Assembly (NCBI GenBank): GCA_051362555.1 | Contig: CM120641.1 | Coordinates: 42,972,401 to 43,036,400, forward strand | DNA: 64,000 nt | Direction of reading: 5' to 3' | Source: Lingula anatina | Taxonomy: Eukaryota; Animalia; Brachiopoda | Part shown: one piece after another, positions 22,908 through 34,837 of the stretch | Layout: every line of letters begins with the position of its first letter | How positions within the stretch are numbered: position 1 is the stretch's first letter | Translations under genes and position numbers: made by a program | Notes under the pieces: generated by a model | The model's input: the letters and a program-made list of their open reading frames with translations, nothing else | What the model was told of the DNA's origin: nothing | The model's database searches: none

Positions 22908-23673
22908 CAAATACTTATGTTAACATGTAAATCTACAATAAAAATAGCATTGTGTCCAATGCAATGTCCGAATGCAATGGGGCAGGAATCCTTTTTAATA
23001 AATTTCTCAAAAATGCTGGCCTGGGTTATCTTTTTGTGATATGCACTATATGGAGAAATTATAAGTCTTTCAACACATAAGATTAGGAACCAGTAACATA
23101 GGATATCATGAATTTTTATATTGTGCTTATTAGCAGCAAAAATAAGTATATTGGAATTTTTCTTTTCACTTAAATATATTCCCTGTTAATGAAAGATAGC
23201 CTTCAATACTTTTCAGCAAATTAAATATATTTGAATAATTAACATCTTAGGTTTTCTTCAATAAAAACCTTTTTTTTATTTTTGTGATAGAGGTCCACTT
23301 TTTCAGAAATAGAACACCCCCTTTGAAACTGCGGTTACTGTCCTTAGAGTCCGAGGAAGAGTTAAAGTGTAGAATGAAATTTGCAGATTGGAAAAAAAAA
23401 AAAAGAAAAAAAAACATGAATTTTGTCACAATTCAAATGATATTGAAGTGCTTTCTAAACTTTATGATTATTCAAACAATTGTTTGGTTATCTGCATAGG
23501 TTAAAACATTGACTATTTTCTGGCTTTTTCACTTCTAGATGAGACTTGATACTCTGTGCCTTCTGGTATTGATGAAGGTAACATTTAATCAGGGCATTTA
23601 GATGTGAAATTTTATTGTAGTATTTTTAAATCACTTGGAGAAAAAAATTTCCTCACCTTAGCTGCAACAGTAT

Positions 23674-24211
23674 CAGGCCTACCCAACTACCAGACTCGGC
23701 ACCTAAGGATCCTGAATTAACCGGTATATCGGACCACACTACCCGTTTTCAAGGTGTGTGTCAGATTGCATTTCGGAGTATCAGCCAGAACACCGACAGG
23801 ATGAGCCCTGACATGCTCGGCTGTCACCTTGATTGGATAGTAAACGATTGTCGTAAAATCGCTATATGATTTTAAAACCGGGTGCATAATTTTGAAAGCC
23901 ACCTAGATGAACCTTAGACTGCCACATTAATCTAATACAATGCAAAAAAGCCCTATCAAAAGTGGTTAAAACATTCAAACCGAATGTCGTAAAGTCCCCA
24001 TATATCCCCATAGAGACAATAAAATAGAGTACTCTAAAGTAAGAGTACAGTTTAAGGTTGTTCAGCCGAGCGTGGATGAGCCCGCAGTCGTGCTACAAAA
24101 TTTGTTCTGGGGTATGATACTCCGAAATGCGATCTGACACGGGTAGCGTGGTCCGATATACCGGTTAATTCGGGATCCTTAGGTGCCGAGTCTGGTAGTT
24201 GGGTAGGCCTG
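23674..24211. mobile_element. 538-bp MITE with long (~70 bp) TIRs and AGTAT direct flanks
   Basis: CAGGCCTACCCAACTACCAGACTCGGCACCTAAGGATCC..AATTAACCGGTATATCGGACCAC is mirrored at ~24140-24211. AGTAT at 23669-23673 and 24212-24216. Confidence 0.8.
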
Positions 24212-24400
24212 AGTATTCAATTGACCTACACATTTGACCCGTTGTGCAAAATAAAATTTTGGTGTTGACTTTGCTGTGAAGCATAATGTATTATTGCATC
24301 AGGTTTGACAGTAGCCTATTTTGTGCATCATTATTTTCTGCTTTTTGTCTGTACATTCAACAGCTTTGCTGCCATATTTGTGATTTGGTTTCTATTCCAG

Positions 24401-27255
24401 ATAGAGCTGTGTTCCAGTGTAGAGTAAGCGGGTGTGATAAGGTGTTTAGCTCAATGTGTGCCCTACAAAAACACAGTAGGACCCACACCGGTATTTACCC
24501 ATTCAACTGTTTGGAATGCAACAAAGGGTTTCACTCCAAATCTAAGCTTGAAGACCACAAGAGGGCTAATCACACGGAGGAAAAATTCCATTGCCTTCGC
24601 TGTGACAAGACAGTTAGTACTCTGTACGTATCTTTATACAGATGAATCATTATTGTCATGTATTAGAAAAATATATGTATAAGTTACATCAAGAAGCTTA
24701 AGTGCACAGGTGAATTCTGGCATTGTTTTATTTGTACCAAACTCAATTATTAGTACCACCAGCGTGTACGCTGGCGGTACTCATGGTTTTAGTCCCGACC
24801 CGTCTCGTACAGCTCCGCCGGCTCCTGCGGCTCCGCAGGATGGCGTGGGATACAAGTCACCGTTACCGCTTCTCCTACTAGACCGCAAGGACCTATGTCC
24901 CCATCTCTTGGATTTTGGTCACATATAATCTCAACTTGAACCCCCTGGTTTTTTTGTCTCAGTCGGTGCATTGGCCTGGGTGTGGCGCTCGTTGTAACGC
25001 ACCCTTGTCAAAATTTTTGAAAATTCGATGCTAAATATCTCCCATACCGAAGGAATTATGTGAAAAATTTCTACAGATGGCTGACCGAAAGTCATATGTG
25101 GAGATTTCAAATATGCCCTTGGATTTGACCTTTGATCTTTATTTCAAGGTCAAACGGGCCAAAATTTTCTAAAAATGGAAATTTTTTGCAAAAAAATTAT
25201 TATTTTATGCCGATTTTCAGAAACTTCACAGATCTAACTTATAATATTATGGACGGGTGTTACCCCTTAGGGTCTTCTTTCATCTTCGTGAGTTTGGGGT
25301 CAATCGGTGCATTTTCACGGGAGTAGCGGCCAATAGATGCCAAAACTGAAAACTCTCTCAAATTCTGGAACTGTTAATGCCAGAGACCTCTTGTTTTTTC
25401 ATTTTGTAGAGCTTGTCAAGCGCAACACTGAAGGTGGTCTCCGTTTTTTGTTTTCGATACGGCTTAGGCATTGTACTATATCGACAGTTCAACATCCAAT
25501 ATTTAGTGGTGAAAATAAAATGTGAAATACTACAAAATTAGCAGAGATACGCCCATAGTTACTATTAAACTTGAATAGGAAGTCATATACTGGTAATCTA
25601 ACTGTGACCTTGAAATTGACCTTTGACCTACTTTTCATAATGAACTGCACTTTGCAAGTTTTCTGATTTTTATATCTCCAAAACTGGCAAAGATATGCCC
25701 ATAGTTACTGTTGAACTTGAATAGGAAGTCATTTTCTGGCAATCTAACTGTGATCCTGAAATTGACCTCTGACCTACTTTACACCATGAACTGAAATTTG
25801 CAAATTTTCTAGCCCTTACATCTCTTAAACTGGCAAAGATACCCCCATAGCTACTGTTGAACTTGAGTAGGAAGTCATATACTGGCAATCTTACTGTGAC
25901 CTTTAAATTGACCTCTGACCTCCTTTTCACCATGAACTGAACTTTGCAAATTTTGGTTCCCTTTTCTCTCTAAAACTGGTAGAGATATGTCCATAGTTAC
26001 TATTGAAGTTGAATAGGAAGTCACATACTGGCAATTTACTGTGACCTTAAAATTGACCTTTGACCTACTTTTTACCATGAACTGAACTTTGCAAAATTTT
26101 GTTCCCTTTTATCTCCAAAACTGGCAGAGATAGGTCCATAGTTACTATTGAACTTGAATAGGAAGTCATATACTGGCAATCTAGGAGTGACCTTTAAATT
26201 GACCTTTGACCTACTTTTCATCATGAATTGAACTTTGCAAATTTTGGTTCCCTTTTATTTCCAAAACTGGCAGAGATAGGTCTATAGTTACTATTGAAGT
26301 TGAATAGGAAGTCACATACTGGCAATTTATCTGTGACCTTGAAATTGACCTTGACCTACTTTACAGCATAAAATGAACTTTGTAACTTTTTTAATACTTT
26401 TTTTTATACTTTCAAAACTGGCAAAGATATGCCCATAGTTACCATTGAACTTGAATAGGAAGTCATATACTGGCAATTTACTGACCTTAAAATTAACCTT
26501 TGACCTACTTTTTACCCTGAACTGAACTTTGCAAATTTCCATTCCCTTTTATCTCCAAAACTGGCAGAGATGTGCCCGGTGTTGCCCCTAGGTTTTCTCT
26601 TTTGTCAGCATATATGCACCACTGACAACACATTTTAAGGAAAACCAATAGGCCTTTTGTCTAGAGAATCACAGGAGTGATCAATGGTAGGAAAATGCAG
26701 GTCAGTTCAAAAATCTGCTTGATTGTACCATTTTTATTTATATTTTTTGGCATATTTTGAGAACTCTTGTTGATTGCATTTTATAGAGCTTGTCAAGCAC
26801 AAGACTGGTGATGGTGTCCCTTTTTTTTGGGGGGGGGTCCATACGAATGCGCTTACTCCAGCTGGTGGTACAATATCCGGAGGCGGTATCGCCTCTCTGA
26901 TCCTCTAGTTAACAATGTAATTGCAATAGTAATAAAAGTATTATTTTCGTATTTCAGCCAGGGTCTCAAGCTTCATGATGAGCTGCATGGAGAAAAAGTC
27001 CACCAGTGCCATGTATGTGAGAAGTCATTTTCTTCAAGAACCTACCTCAGTCGTCATCTGAGGACACACATTGCCTGCTATGACTGTAATCTATGTGATA
27101 AAAGCTATTCTAGTCAACAGCATTTAAAGATACACATGGCCACTCACAGTGATAAAACCTTTACCTGCAGCAAGTGCACATTCAAAACCCATTATAACCA
27201 CTCATACGTGCGTCATCTTAAAACACATGAAAGAGATCCAAATCTGTCAGCTTGA
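24401..27255 (+). CDS. Six-finger C2H2 zinc-finger coding exons (24401-24623, 26958-27255); 5' exon(s) uncertain
   Basis: Splicing CT|GTACGT to TTTCAG|C restores a perfect C-x2-C-x12-H-x3-H finger (CLRCDKTVSTLQGLKLHDELH). Six tandem fingers, an HTGIYPF linker, and a stop at 27255. Confidence 0.7.
24747..26910 (+). mobile_element. Non-autonomous Helentron/HINE (DINE-1-like) element inside the zinc-finger intron
   Basis: 5' subTIR GTACCACCAGC (24753-24763) with adjacent inverted copy GCTGGCGGTAC (24770-24780), internal tandem repeats, 3' subTIR GCTGGTGGTAC (26861-26871), stem-loop GAGGCG-gtat-CGCCTC (26880-26895) and terminal CTAGTT. Confidence 0.75.
25541..26577. repeat. ~146-bp tandem satellite, ~7 copies
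   Basis: GA(A/G)TAGGAAGTCA anchor at 25573, 25719, 25865, 26011, 26156, 26302 and 26453. TGACCTT motifs in every unit. Confidence 0.92.
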
Positions 27256-28700
27256 ATATTGCTTAAGAAATTAAGTGGAAGTCAGTCTAATTATAACCTT
27301 ACTCACTGTGATTTAGATCAGTTTTGATCTTAAAACAGAGTCGGTATGTTTGAAGACTCAGGTTAATCTTTAAGACCATGTCAGGCCAGTTCTGATCTGA
27401 AATTGCACTTTCAGACCAAATCAGGCGCACAAGTGTTACATCATAACATGATGGCAATTTTTAATGGTTTAAGTCAAATATTTTTATGTATAACATTGCA
27501 TTTTTTCAAGATTCTTGAAATGTTTTCATATCCCATTCTTTTAAATAAGAGAAATATTCCATTTTTGACACTTGTTAACATGCAAAGGTTGACATCTTTG
27601 GTGAGAAGCATTGATAGTGTCTTTTTATTTCCCTTTGCATCAGGTGATTTTATATATGAACACAGTGGTCCTGTTTTTGTGTTAGTGATCTTATTTGCTT
27701 TCATTGGGTTTGTAACATTATGGCAAAAGGATATTTATTGTCATGGTTGTGCTCTAATGGTCAGTTTTGTCACATTGAACATGTTACAATAATGATTGTG
27801 CAATGTTATTTAATCAGTGTCATTACGTAAAATTCTATTACCATTTTTCTTCATTCTGTAGATTATAATTTCTAGTTTGCCCATTTGAGATGAATATCAT
27901 TTCATCTTGTAAATTTAATAGTTAGACGGCCTTGTTAGTGGTGTTCTTTTTACCTGTAAGTGGGATTTTTACTGTTTCAATGCTGTATCATCTGTTTTTG
28001 GTGTCGATTACCTATTTTATAAAGATCAAGCAGAAATAAAAGCTGATCTCACACTGGTATATTATTGAAAATTACTTAGTGCTCTTATGATTAATTTCAC
28101 ATTACATTCAAGGATTTGCATGCATTGCCTCTTTGCGAAATCCAGTTTTGTTAAGCTATATAGCCATCTGTTTAAAGAACTAATAGTAATACCCATAAAA
28201 TGTAGGCACCAGATATCCCTATGACAGAAATAAGCAGTACAATTAGTATTTGTAGTTTATTTCTATTCCATGTAAATATACGGTATATTTGGTATACTAG
28301 CAGTACACTAAACATTCACACACTAAGTATTTGTTAAAAAGAGTGCATATGTAACATCCAAAATACCAAATAGGCCTTGCAAGTGGGATAATGAACTTGC
28401 TGCAAAGTTCATAGGCTTAAAAAACAACAGCTTCATTTTACCGATAGTGGAAGGTAGAACATGTTATCAGGAGATTAAACAAAAATTCCATTCATTGTTT
28501 CTTCAAAATTTAATACAAAAGCAAGACTTGTGCAAGTGTTAAGATAAAGCCAAACATCAACAATGGCCTACATTTAGATTATAATCTGCCTTCCAAACTT
28601 TTAGGGCAATGTTCCACTTTCTATCCATTGTAAAAGAGTATACAATGAACCATTATGCCAGCAATAATGGTATTTAACAACCAGGGTACATGACGCATGG

Positions 28701-28701
<1 letters not shown>

Positions 28702-28755
<54 letters not shown>
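28702..28755. repeat. (TA)n microsatellite
   Basis: Uninterrupted TA run. Confidence 0.95.
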
Positions 28756-28757
<2 letters not shown>

Positions 28758-30160
28758 ATCCATGTTTATTAAGCCTATAAAATATTCAATATCGAGAATA
28801 AACTGCTTCGTAAAAGCATCTTTGTATTAAAAATGTCTAAAAGAGAAAAGCTATGTAAAAAATAGTTTACTATCCTTAAAAAACAAAGTCTGGAGTTGCT
28901 AAGTAAAAATTAAAATATATATATTGGAAACTGTCAGCCGTGGCACATGTAGACATCGTATTAAAACTATCACCTCTGTTTAAAACTATCGTGTCCCACA
29001 AGTTAAGACCAAGAGAAAAACAAAGCCCAATCACTCCGACATATTGGAAACTTACGATCATTAAAATGTTTTAAATACACATTTCCCGGAATAATGCCAT
29101 TGATTTCTGAACTATAATCAACAAATAAAATTCCTACCGTATAGTTACCGTTTGTCTTATCTTGATATTGGGGACATTTTATCGGTGGCTATTTTTTTTT
29201 TTCAATTCGTGACGGCGGACATGGAGTGCAAACCAAATCACCAATGAAAGCAACAAACAAGTGGTACATGCATTATCACTGACATTCCCACTTGTTCCTT
29301 GAGATTTTTCATCATTGGCAAAAGTGCACTGAGACGCTACAATTTAAAAGTAAGTAAGTAACAGCATTTTAACGAGTGTTCTAAAAGGGCACAGTTAAAA
29401 TTATATCTGAAATGCACATGGTGGTAGTCTTGAATATAGGTGTATCATTTCATAACACCCGATAACTGGTGGACGGTTTGCTACATTTTGCTTTATACAC
29501 AATGCTGTCAACGACAAAACTGCTTGGCTTTTTTTTTGCAGCATACGACTTAAGAGTTAGAAGTACTACATAAAGAAAAAGATAGGAGAGTCTAGTGCAT
29601 AAGGGTGAACCGTGGACGCGCTAGCTCACTGCCATTTACATGCAGTTACTGGTATTTACAACAATATCTGTCAGGACATAAATTATGAAGCAGAAAACGT
29701 ATAATTGGAGTGTAATATTTTAATGTCTGATTAGTTGATGTGAATCAACTGTTAGGACCCTTTTTTGTATACTGGTAGACCATTATTTGACATTACAATG
29801 TATCTCAAGATGGGGGTAGTAAATAATAAAACTACTGGTTTTGATAGAGGGCAAGCAATTGTCACAAGTCAAATCCCCATGAGTATATTTGTGTGGAGAC
29901 TGACACTGCTGTGTATATACCACATTGGTCATGGCTTCATGATCACTGGAAGAAACAAAAGAACAACATATTATTTCATATTTTGATAGAAATTTATCTG
30001 TGCGGTCAAGAATTAACTTTTAGTTTTTTTACACTAAATTGAAGCTGTACCTTTCAGAACTTTCAGTCTCTTTTGTGAAATTTCACTTATACTTTATTTT
30101 TTCATGTTTACAATATTTTGTCATCATTATCTTTCAGAATTCATTGGTATTTCCAACAGT

Positions 30161-31486
30161 ATGGGGATTGACATGAGCAGACCTTCTCCAAACCAACAGA
30201 CATGCCAAGGTGGGCACCTGCTGATCCATATGAAGATGGATGTTATAACAAGAGAGGGTGGACAACAGACTTTGACTTTAAGGTGTTCTTTATGTGAAAG
30301 TGTGTTACGGATGAGTGATGTTAGTAGATCTGAACTCATCAATCATCCAGTAGTAACTGCTGCAGGTCAAACTTTGCAAAATAGCCAGGAAACAAATCCA
30401 ACAGACACCAACATTCTAGAAAGAGAGTCTAATTTTGACAACTTTGCAATAAAGACAGAATTAGTTTCTACTGAGGGAGAATGTGAAGATGACATTGACT
30501 TAGATATGCATGTTGAAAGTTATGAGGGCACTCAGCTTGATCTTGGCAATAATAATCAAGCAAATAGTGCAGCAAAATCTAACCAGGTGCTGCCTTTGGC
30601 TAACAATACAGAAGAAGCTGGTACTTCATCTGTTCAACAGATTATTTCTGACACAAGAAGATCCAATGCACCTTCTGGATTTGAAGAACCACTATGTAAA
30701 TTTTGCAAATCAACTGAAGGAGAGTTTGGAGAAAGTTTTATATGGGGCCACATGTGTAAGAAATTAAAAAGCATACTTTTCATCTGTTCTGTCTGCAATG
30801 AATATTACGGCAGCTGTAACCTTGTGACAGAATGTGAAAGCAAACACAGACGTATAAAAAACAATTGCAACAAGGAAGAGTTTAAGTGTATGGTTTGTGG
30901 CATAAAATTTGCAGATTTAGGAGAAACAAAAAGGCATGAATTTTGTCACAATTCAAATGATTCTGAAGTGCTCTCTGATACCTCTTTACAACCTGAATTA
31001 AACGACTCAAGATTTCACGGACCTGAAACAGAAAACCATCACACACAGAAGTTTCAAGTCATGGCACTGCCGGCACCATCAAACAGCAGACATGTGCCAT
31101 CCCGCGAAAACCAGCAATTGACGCAGGGTGCACAAATTCTACCACCTATCATCAGTCCACAAGAAATAGAAGAGATTAAACATAAGTCGTTCAAACCTGA
31201 AAGTTTCTGTGTTGCATTAATGGCAAAGATATTTAGTAGGGTGGAGCGGTCAGAGAAGGACACAAATGTTTTGGGAATAAAAAAACTGAAAAAATTATGT
31301 CCAGTTCGTATACAGTTCATTAAAGACTGTGTTCATCAAAATTATCCCAAGCATTTTCAAAAGGAACCTGGAAAGACGTGGTCTCGATGTGTAGGTGCCA
31401 TGAACAATGCCAACAGATCTTTAAGATTTAAAGATGCACAGTTCAAGATTTTTCTGCAAAAAACTCGAAAAAACTCAAAAAAGTGA
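30161..31486 (+). CDS. Zinc finger + BEN-domain protein, copy 6 (441 aa from MGIDM)
   Basis: Intact ORF with all zinc motifs and BEN-like FCVALMAKIFSRVE..NVLG..LCPVRIQFIKDCV..YP..WSRCVGAMNNANRSLR. Acceptor 23 nt before the ATG; 5' exon donor at ~29350. Confidence 0.85.
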   Translation: MGIDMSRPSPNQQTCQGGHLLIHMKMDVITREGGQQTLTLRCSLCESVLRMSDVSRSELINHPVVTAAGQTLQNSQETNPTDTNILERESNFDNFAIKTELVSTEGECEDDIDLDMHVESYEGTQLDLGNNNQANSAAKSNQVLPLANNTEEAGTSSVQQIISDTRRSNAPSGFEEPLCKFCKSTEGEFGESFIWGHMCKKLKSILFICSVCNEYYGSCNLVTECESKHRRIKNNCNKEEFKCMVCGIKFADLGETKRHEFCHNSNDSEVLSDTSLQPELNDSRFHGPETENHHTQKFQVMALPAPSNSRHVPSRENQQLTQGAQILPPIISPQEIEEIKHKSFKPESFCVALMAKIFSRVERSEKDTNVLGIKKLKKLCPVRIQFIKDCVHQNYPKHFQKEPGKTWSRCVGAMNNANRSLRFKDAQFKIFLQKTRKNSKK

Positions 31487-32439
31487 AAGACTTGATGGAG
31501 TGAGTTTCCTATGATAAACTTTATTTTCACCCAACTTACCAACTTCACCATTATGCAAGTGACTCAAAATAAGAAACCTACCAGTAGAACTTAAAATAGA
31601 TCGTAGCTCTGTGGACAGTATGGTGAACACGTAAGGTGTTGAAAGTTGAATGTTTGCTGAATTGAGGTGCAACTGTAATTGTGTGGGTTTAAGACGTTTC
31701 AACAGACTTAAAGGACTTAAAAGATTCGTTTTTAGTAGAAGTGAAATGACCAAATTCATTAGAACCATAAAATAAGAAAGCTTATAGTTATTCTGTAAAT
31801 GTGACGTGAAGTTGAGGAATGATATTGCTTCTGTGCCGTTAGGACTGTCATTGTTTTATTTAAACGAAATATGATTATGCAATAACATTCATCTCAAACT
31901 TAAGACTTAAGTAGTTAAAATTACAGTTTGAGTTTGAAAAACAACCTGAGCTGCAATAAAAGAGAAATGTTACTTTGGACATCTCTTTTTAAGATTTACT
32001 TGACAGGCACCCTTTGCAATTGTTTTCTTGGCTTTTTGTAGTAGATCAAATTTCTTATTTAACGTATTCAGATATTTTCGTTTTCCTTTTTTATTTAAGT
32101 TTTGCTCATCCTTACCAAGGAAATTTGATCCACCATTTGTTATAAAGACAGTTAAAAGTTGTTTATTTGTGCGACCGCTGTTACTAATAATAACAAAATA
32201 ATAAAATTAATAATAACAGTTTTATTGGACACTTACACATTTCAAAATTTCATTTATATTTTATATTAACGTTATCATTGTTTCAACACCACTAACACAT
32301 CTTTGTCCAATAAATAAAAAAAATGTAAAATGTAAAGTATGACCCGTTAAATGTTTTTGTCATAAATTCATATTAGTGTCAGTTTGATATTCTGTGCACA
32401 TGCAGTCTTTGAAGGGTTTCTGTTATTGATGTAGTCAGG

Positions 32440-33630
32440 GGTAAACCCGAGGAACCCCTCCCCATCGCTGTCCAAATTGAACAGGTCCTCGGGTTACCCA
32501 CTGAGTGCTGGATTGATGCCGATGACACCAAAACTACTTCGTATCATTTCCTTGGGAATCTGTGACCATGTGTCTTTTATCCATTGTTCATTAAAAGGTG
32601 TTTGCACCTTGTCTATGCTCCCTCCCTCCCCCCCCCCCCAATCTCTGACCACAACCTCCGTAAATGCCCCTTGAACGGCTTGTTCAGGGATACGTCCAGA
32701 TGCTGGGCCAGAGAGGCACAACCTCCCAGAATAATGGCTGAGGTCGCGTTGGCCCGTCTCAGTAACAGTAAAGCGCTGCTTTTCGGCACCACTGGAAATG
32801 ATTTCACGTCTTTGTCGCCTCTTGTGTGCAATGTCTTTGCAGGCAGAAGATCAAAGACCATAGGCACCTCATCCATGTTGATTACCAAGCTGGACTCGAA
32901 CTCCATCCCTTCCTGCACCTCTCCAAGGTACCTGTGGTAGACGGACACCCTGTGCTGCAAGTCTGCCGGGAGTCGTTGACTGACAGTTGTAGAACACCCC
33001 AAGCCGAGCTGAATCGACTGGCCCACCCCCTGGATGCCTTAAATTCTATTCCTTTGCTGACGACAAGTAAAAGAGCGTGGTAGCAAAACTTTTCAATGGA
33101 GACGGGCAGCTGCTGTTCGCGCTGACTGAGAATCCAAGTATCAGTATGCAGCTCCTCTTTGAAGTCCTCTCCCAACAGTGGTTTCTAACCAGATCCTTTG
33201 TAGAAAAGAAAAAAAGGTGTAAATATAAAACATTAGGATCTCATTTATTACTGCTTGTTGCTTCTTTCATTTAAAAAATCGCTCACATTTGGTATAATCT
33301 AAAATTCATGAAGCAAATTTCAATTGCAAGTTATTATTTAGTAGTATCGTGTTCAATTAAATACATAAAAGAGTATAATACAAGAAAAGTTTGCAAAGTA
33401 ACGCAAGAGTAGGCTTTAATTTCCACACTGATTAATGGTATAATTATATCTTCTTTTCTCGCCGACTTCGATCTCTTCGCTTCTTTTGCCATTTCCCTCT
33501 TCCATGTGCTGATGGTAGACTTGGGTCTGTTGAGAGATCTAGAGATCGTCCTAACGCTATGAAGGGCTGCTATCTCCACAACTTCCCTCTTCTGCCCCAC
33601 AGAGTATTGTTTGTACTTGCCTCATTTTGA
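32440..33630 (-). mobile_element. Degenerate pogo/Tigger-like (POGK-type) transposase pseudogene
   Basis: Frameshifted fragments in order: KQYSVGQKREVVEIA..ISTWKRE (Brinker-like HTH), WILSQREQQLPVS..FKASRGWASRF (CENP-B HTH), NMDEVPMVFD, GGCASLAQHLDVSLNKPFK (DDE_1), WIKDTWSQIPKEMIRSSF..GI, and an acidic DSDGEGFLGF tail. Confidence 0.85.
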
Positions 33631-34479
33631 AGGAGCCTTGACAAGGTCCAGTATTACATCAGTCTTGTGAGGGCGTTTGATTTGGTGTCCGAGGGGCAAC
33701 TCGTCGACATTTTTCCTTGGGCGCTCCACTGGTCTCTTTATTTGGTGTCGGGGGTAAAGGACACGTCAGCCACCTCGAGGTAATAGTTTGTTCTAGCGTT
33801 GCGACCTTGGTAAAAATCCGTCTATTCTCTGTTGAGACCTGTTGAAGTGTGAATTTCAAAATTTTAATACGTTTTGAAATTGACCAATTTGTTTTTGTTT
33901 TCATATCAAGGTTAGAAATATGCAGTGTAATATGTCACAAAATATATAAATTCTGGATCTGCCAATTTTAAGATGTATTATGTCTGCTCAATTTTTTAAA
34001 AAATGTACGGCCCATCCTGTAAACCGCACTATATGCATACACAATATGCAGTACTAATGATAGTTTCAAATGTCCATGAAAAAACTGACATATTTTCCTT
34101 TTTCTGAATTTTTATTTTAGATCGACACAATTTGAGATATTGGTTTCTTATAGTAAGAACACGAATGCTGATATTGATTCCTAGTACAAAGAGAGCGAGT
34201 TTTAGTACTAGTAGCAAGTTCCAGTGCAAACCGAAACCACGGTTCCCAAGATGCAATAATTCATATTTTATCATATTATTTGACTAGAGTCTATGCCAAT
34301 CAAAGTGTTAAATTTATCTTTATTTTATTTCTTCATCACGATTACCTGTCGCAAAAATGCCCTTAATAAATAAATATCACATTTGAATGACTTTATTTTA
34401 CAATTTGATAGGAGTGTGGTTTACATTGATGTTGGCGAGTTGAGACGAATCCTTTTTAAAGAGTGATAAATGGGTCAAG

Positions 34480-34837
34480 CCCATTGGATTTGAGGGGTGA
34501 CAGGTGGCGCAAGTCCATTTCACTTGAAGGGTTATGGGTAGGGCAGGTCCATTCGATTAGAGGGATATCAGGTGGGGCGAGTCCATTCCTTTGGCGGGGG
34601 GTGAGAAGTGGGGCTAGTCCATTCAATTTGAGGGATGATAAGTGGGCCGAGTCCATTTCAACAGAGGGGTGACAGGTGCGTCGAGTCCATTCGATTTGAG
34701 GGGGTGTAAGGTGGGACCAGTTCACTGAATTGAGGGCTGATGGTAGTGGGGTGAGTTCATTCAATTTGAGGGGTGACAGGTGGGTTGAGTCCATTCCATT
34801 TGACAAGTGGCAGGCGGGATGAGTCCATTTGATTTGA
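34480..34837. repeat. ~34-bp degenerate minisatellite, ~10-11 copies
   Basis: Unit approximately GTCCATTCRATTTGAGGGGTGACAGGTGGGNCGA. Confidence 0.85.

Larger units (their letters stand above)
19796..23345 (+). mobile_element. ~3.5-kb composite DNA-transposon insertion with hAT-MITE-like ends, carrying a degenerate spliced basic/coiled-coil (transposase-like) gene
   Basis: Interrupts copy 5 between two segments that are adjacent in copy 6. Left end CAGGCTGGTTGCCAGGGGGGGTTGGGG; decayed right end AACACCCCCTTTGAAACTGCGGTTACTGTCC. TSD only partial (GCTCCAAG vs AGTCCGAG). Confidence 0.55.
18833..23455 (+). pseudogene. ZnF-BEN copy 5: 5' ORF open to 19678, then frameshifted and split by an insertion (19796-~23345); short 3' remnant at ~23353-23455; BEN domain absent. 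The 5' part may survive as an exon (see findings).
   Basis: MGIDMSRP start. Net -1 indel at GGCCACGTGTAAAAAAATTA versus copy 6 GGCCACATGTGTAAGAAATTA. Homology to copy 6 stops at AATTGCTCCAAG (19795) and resumes at GAGGAAGAGTTAAAGTGTAG...CATGAATTTTGTCACAATTCAAATGAT. Confidence 0.75.

Noticed and set aside
23540-23578. Small AG..GT-bounded exon candidate upstream of the C2H2 exon
   Set aside because: It contains TGA in the phase that would join 24401, and its ATG frame is out of phase with the fingers.
25541-26577. Regular repeats as a CRISPR-like array, and the ORFs at 25670-26542
   Set aside because: Units are repeated along their full length with no unique spacers, the context is eukaryotic with no cas genes, and the ORFs are by-products of the satellite.
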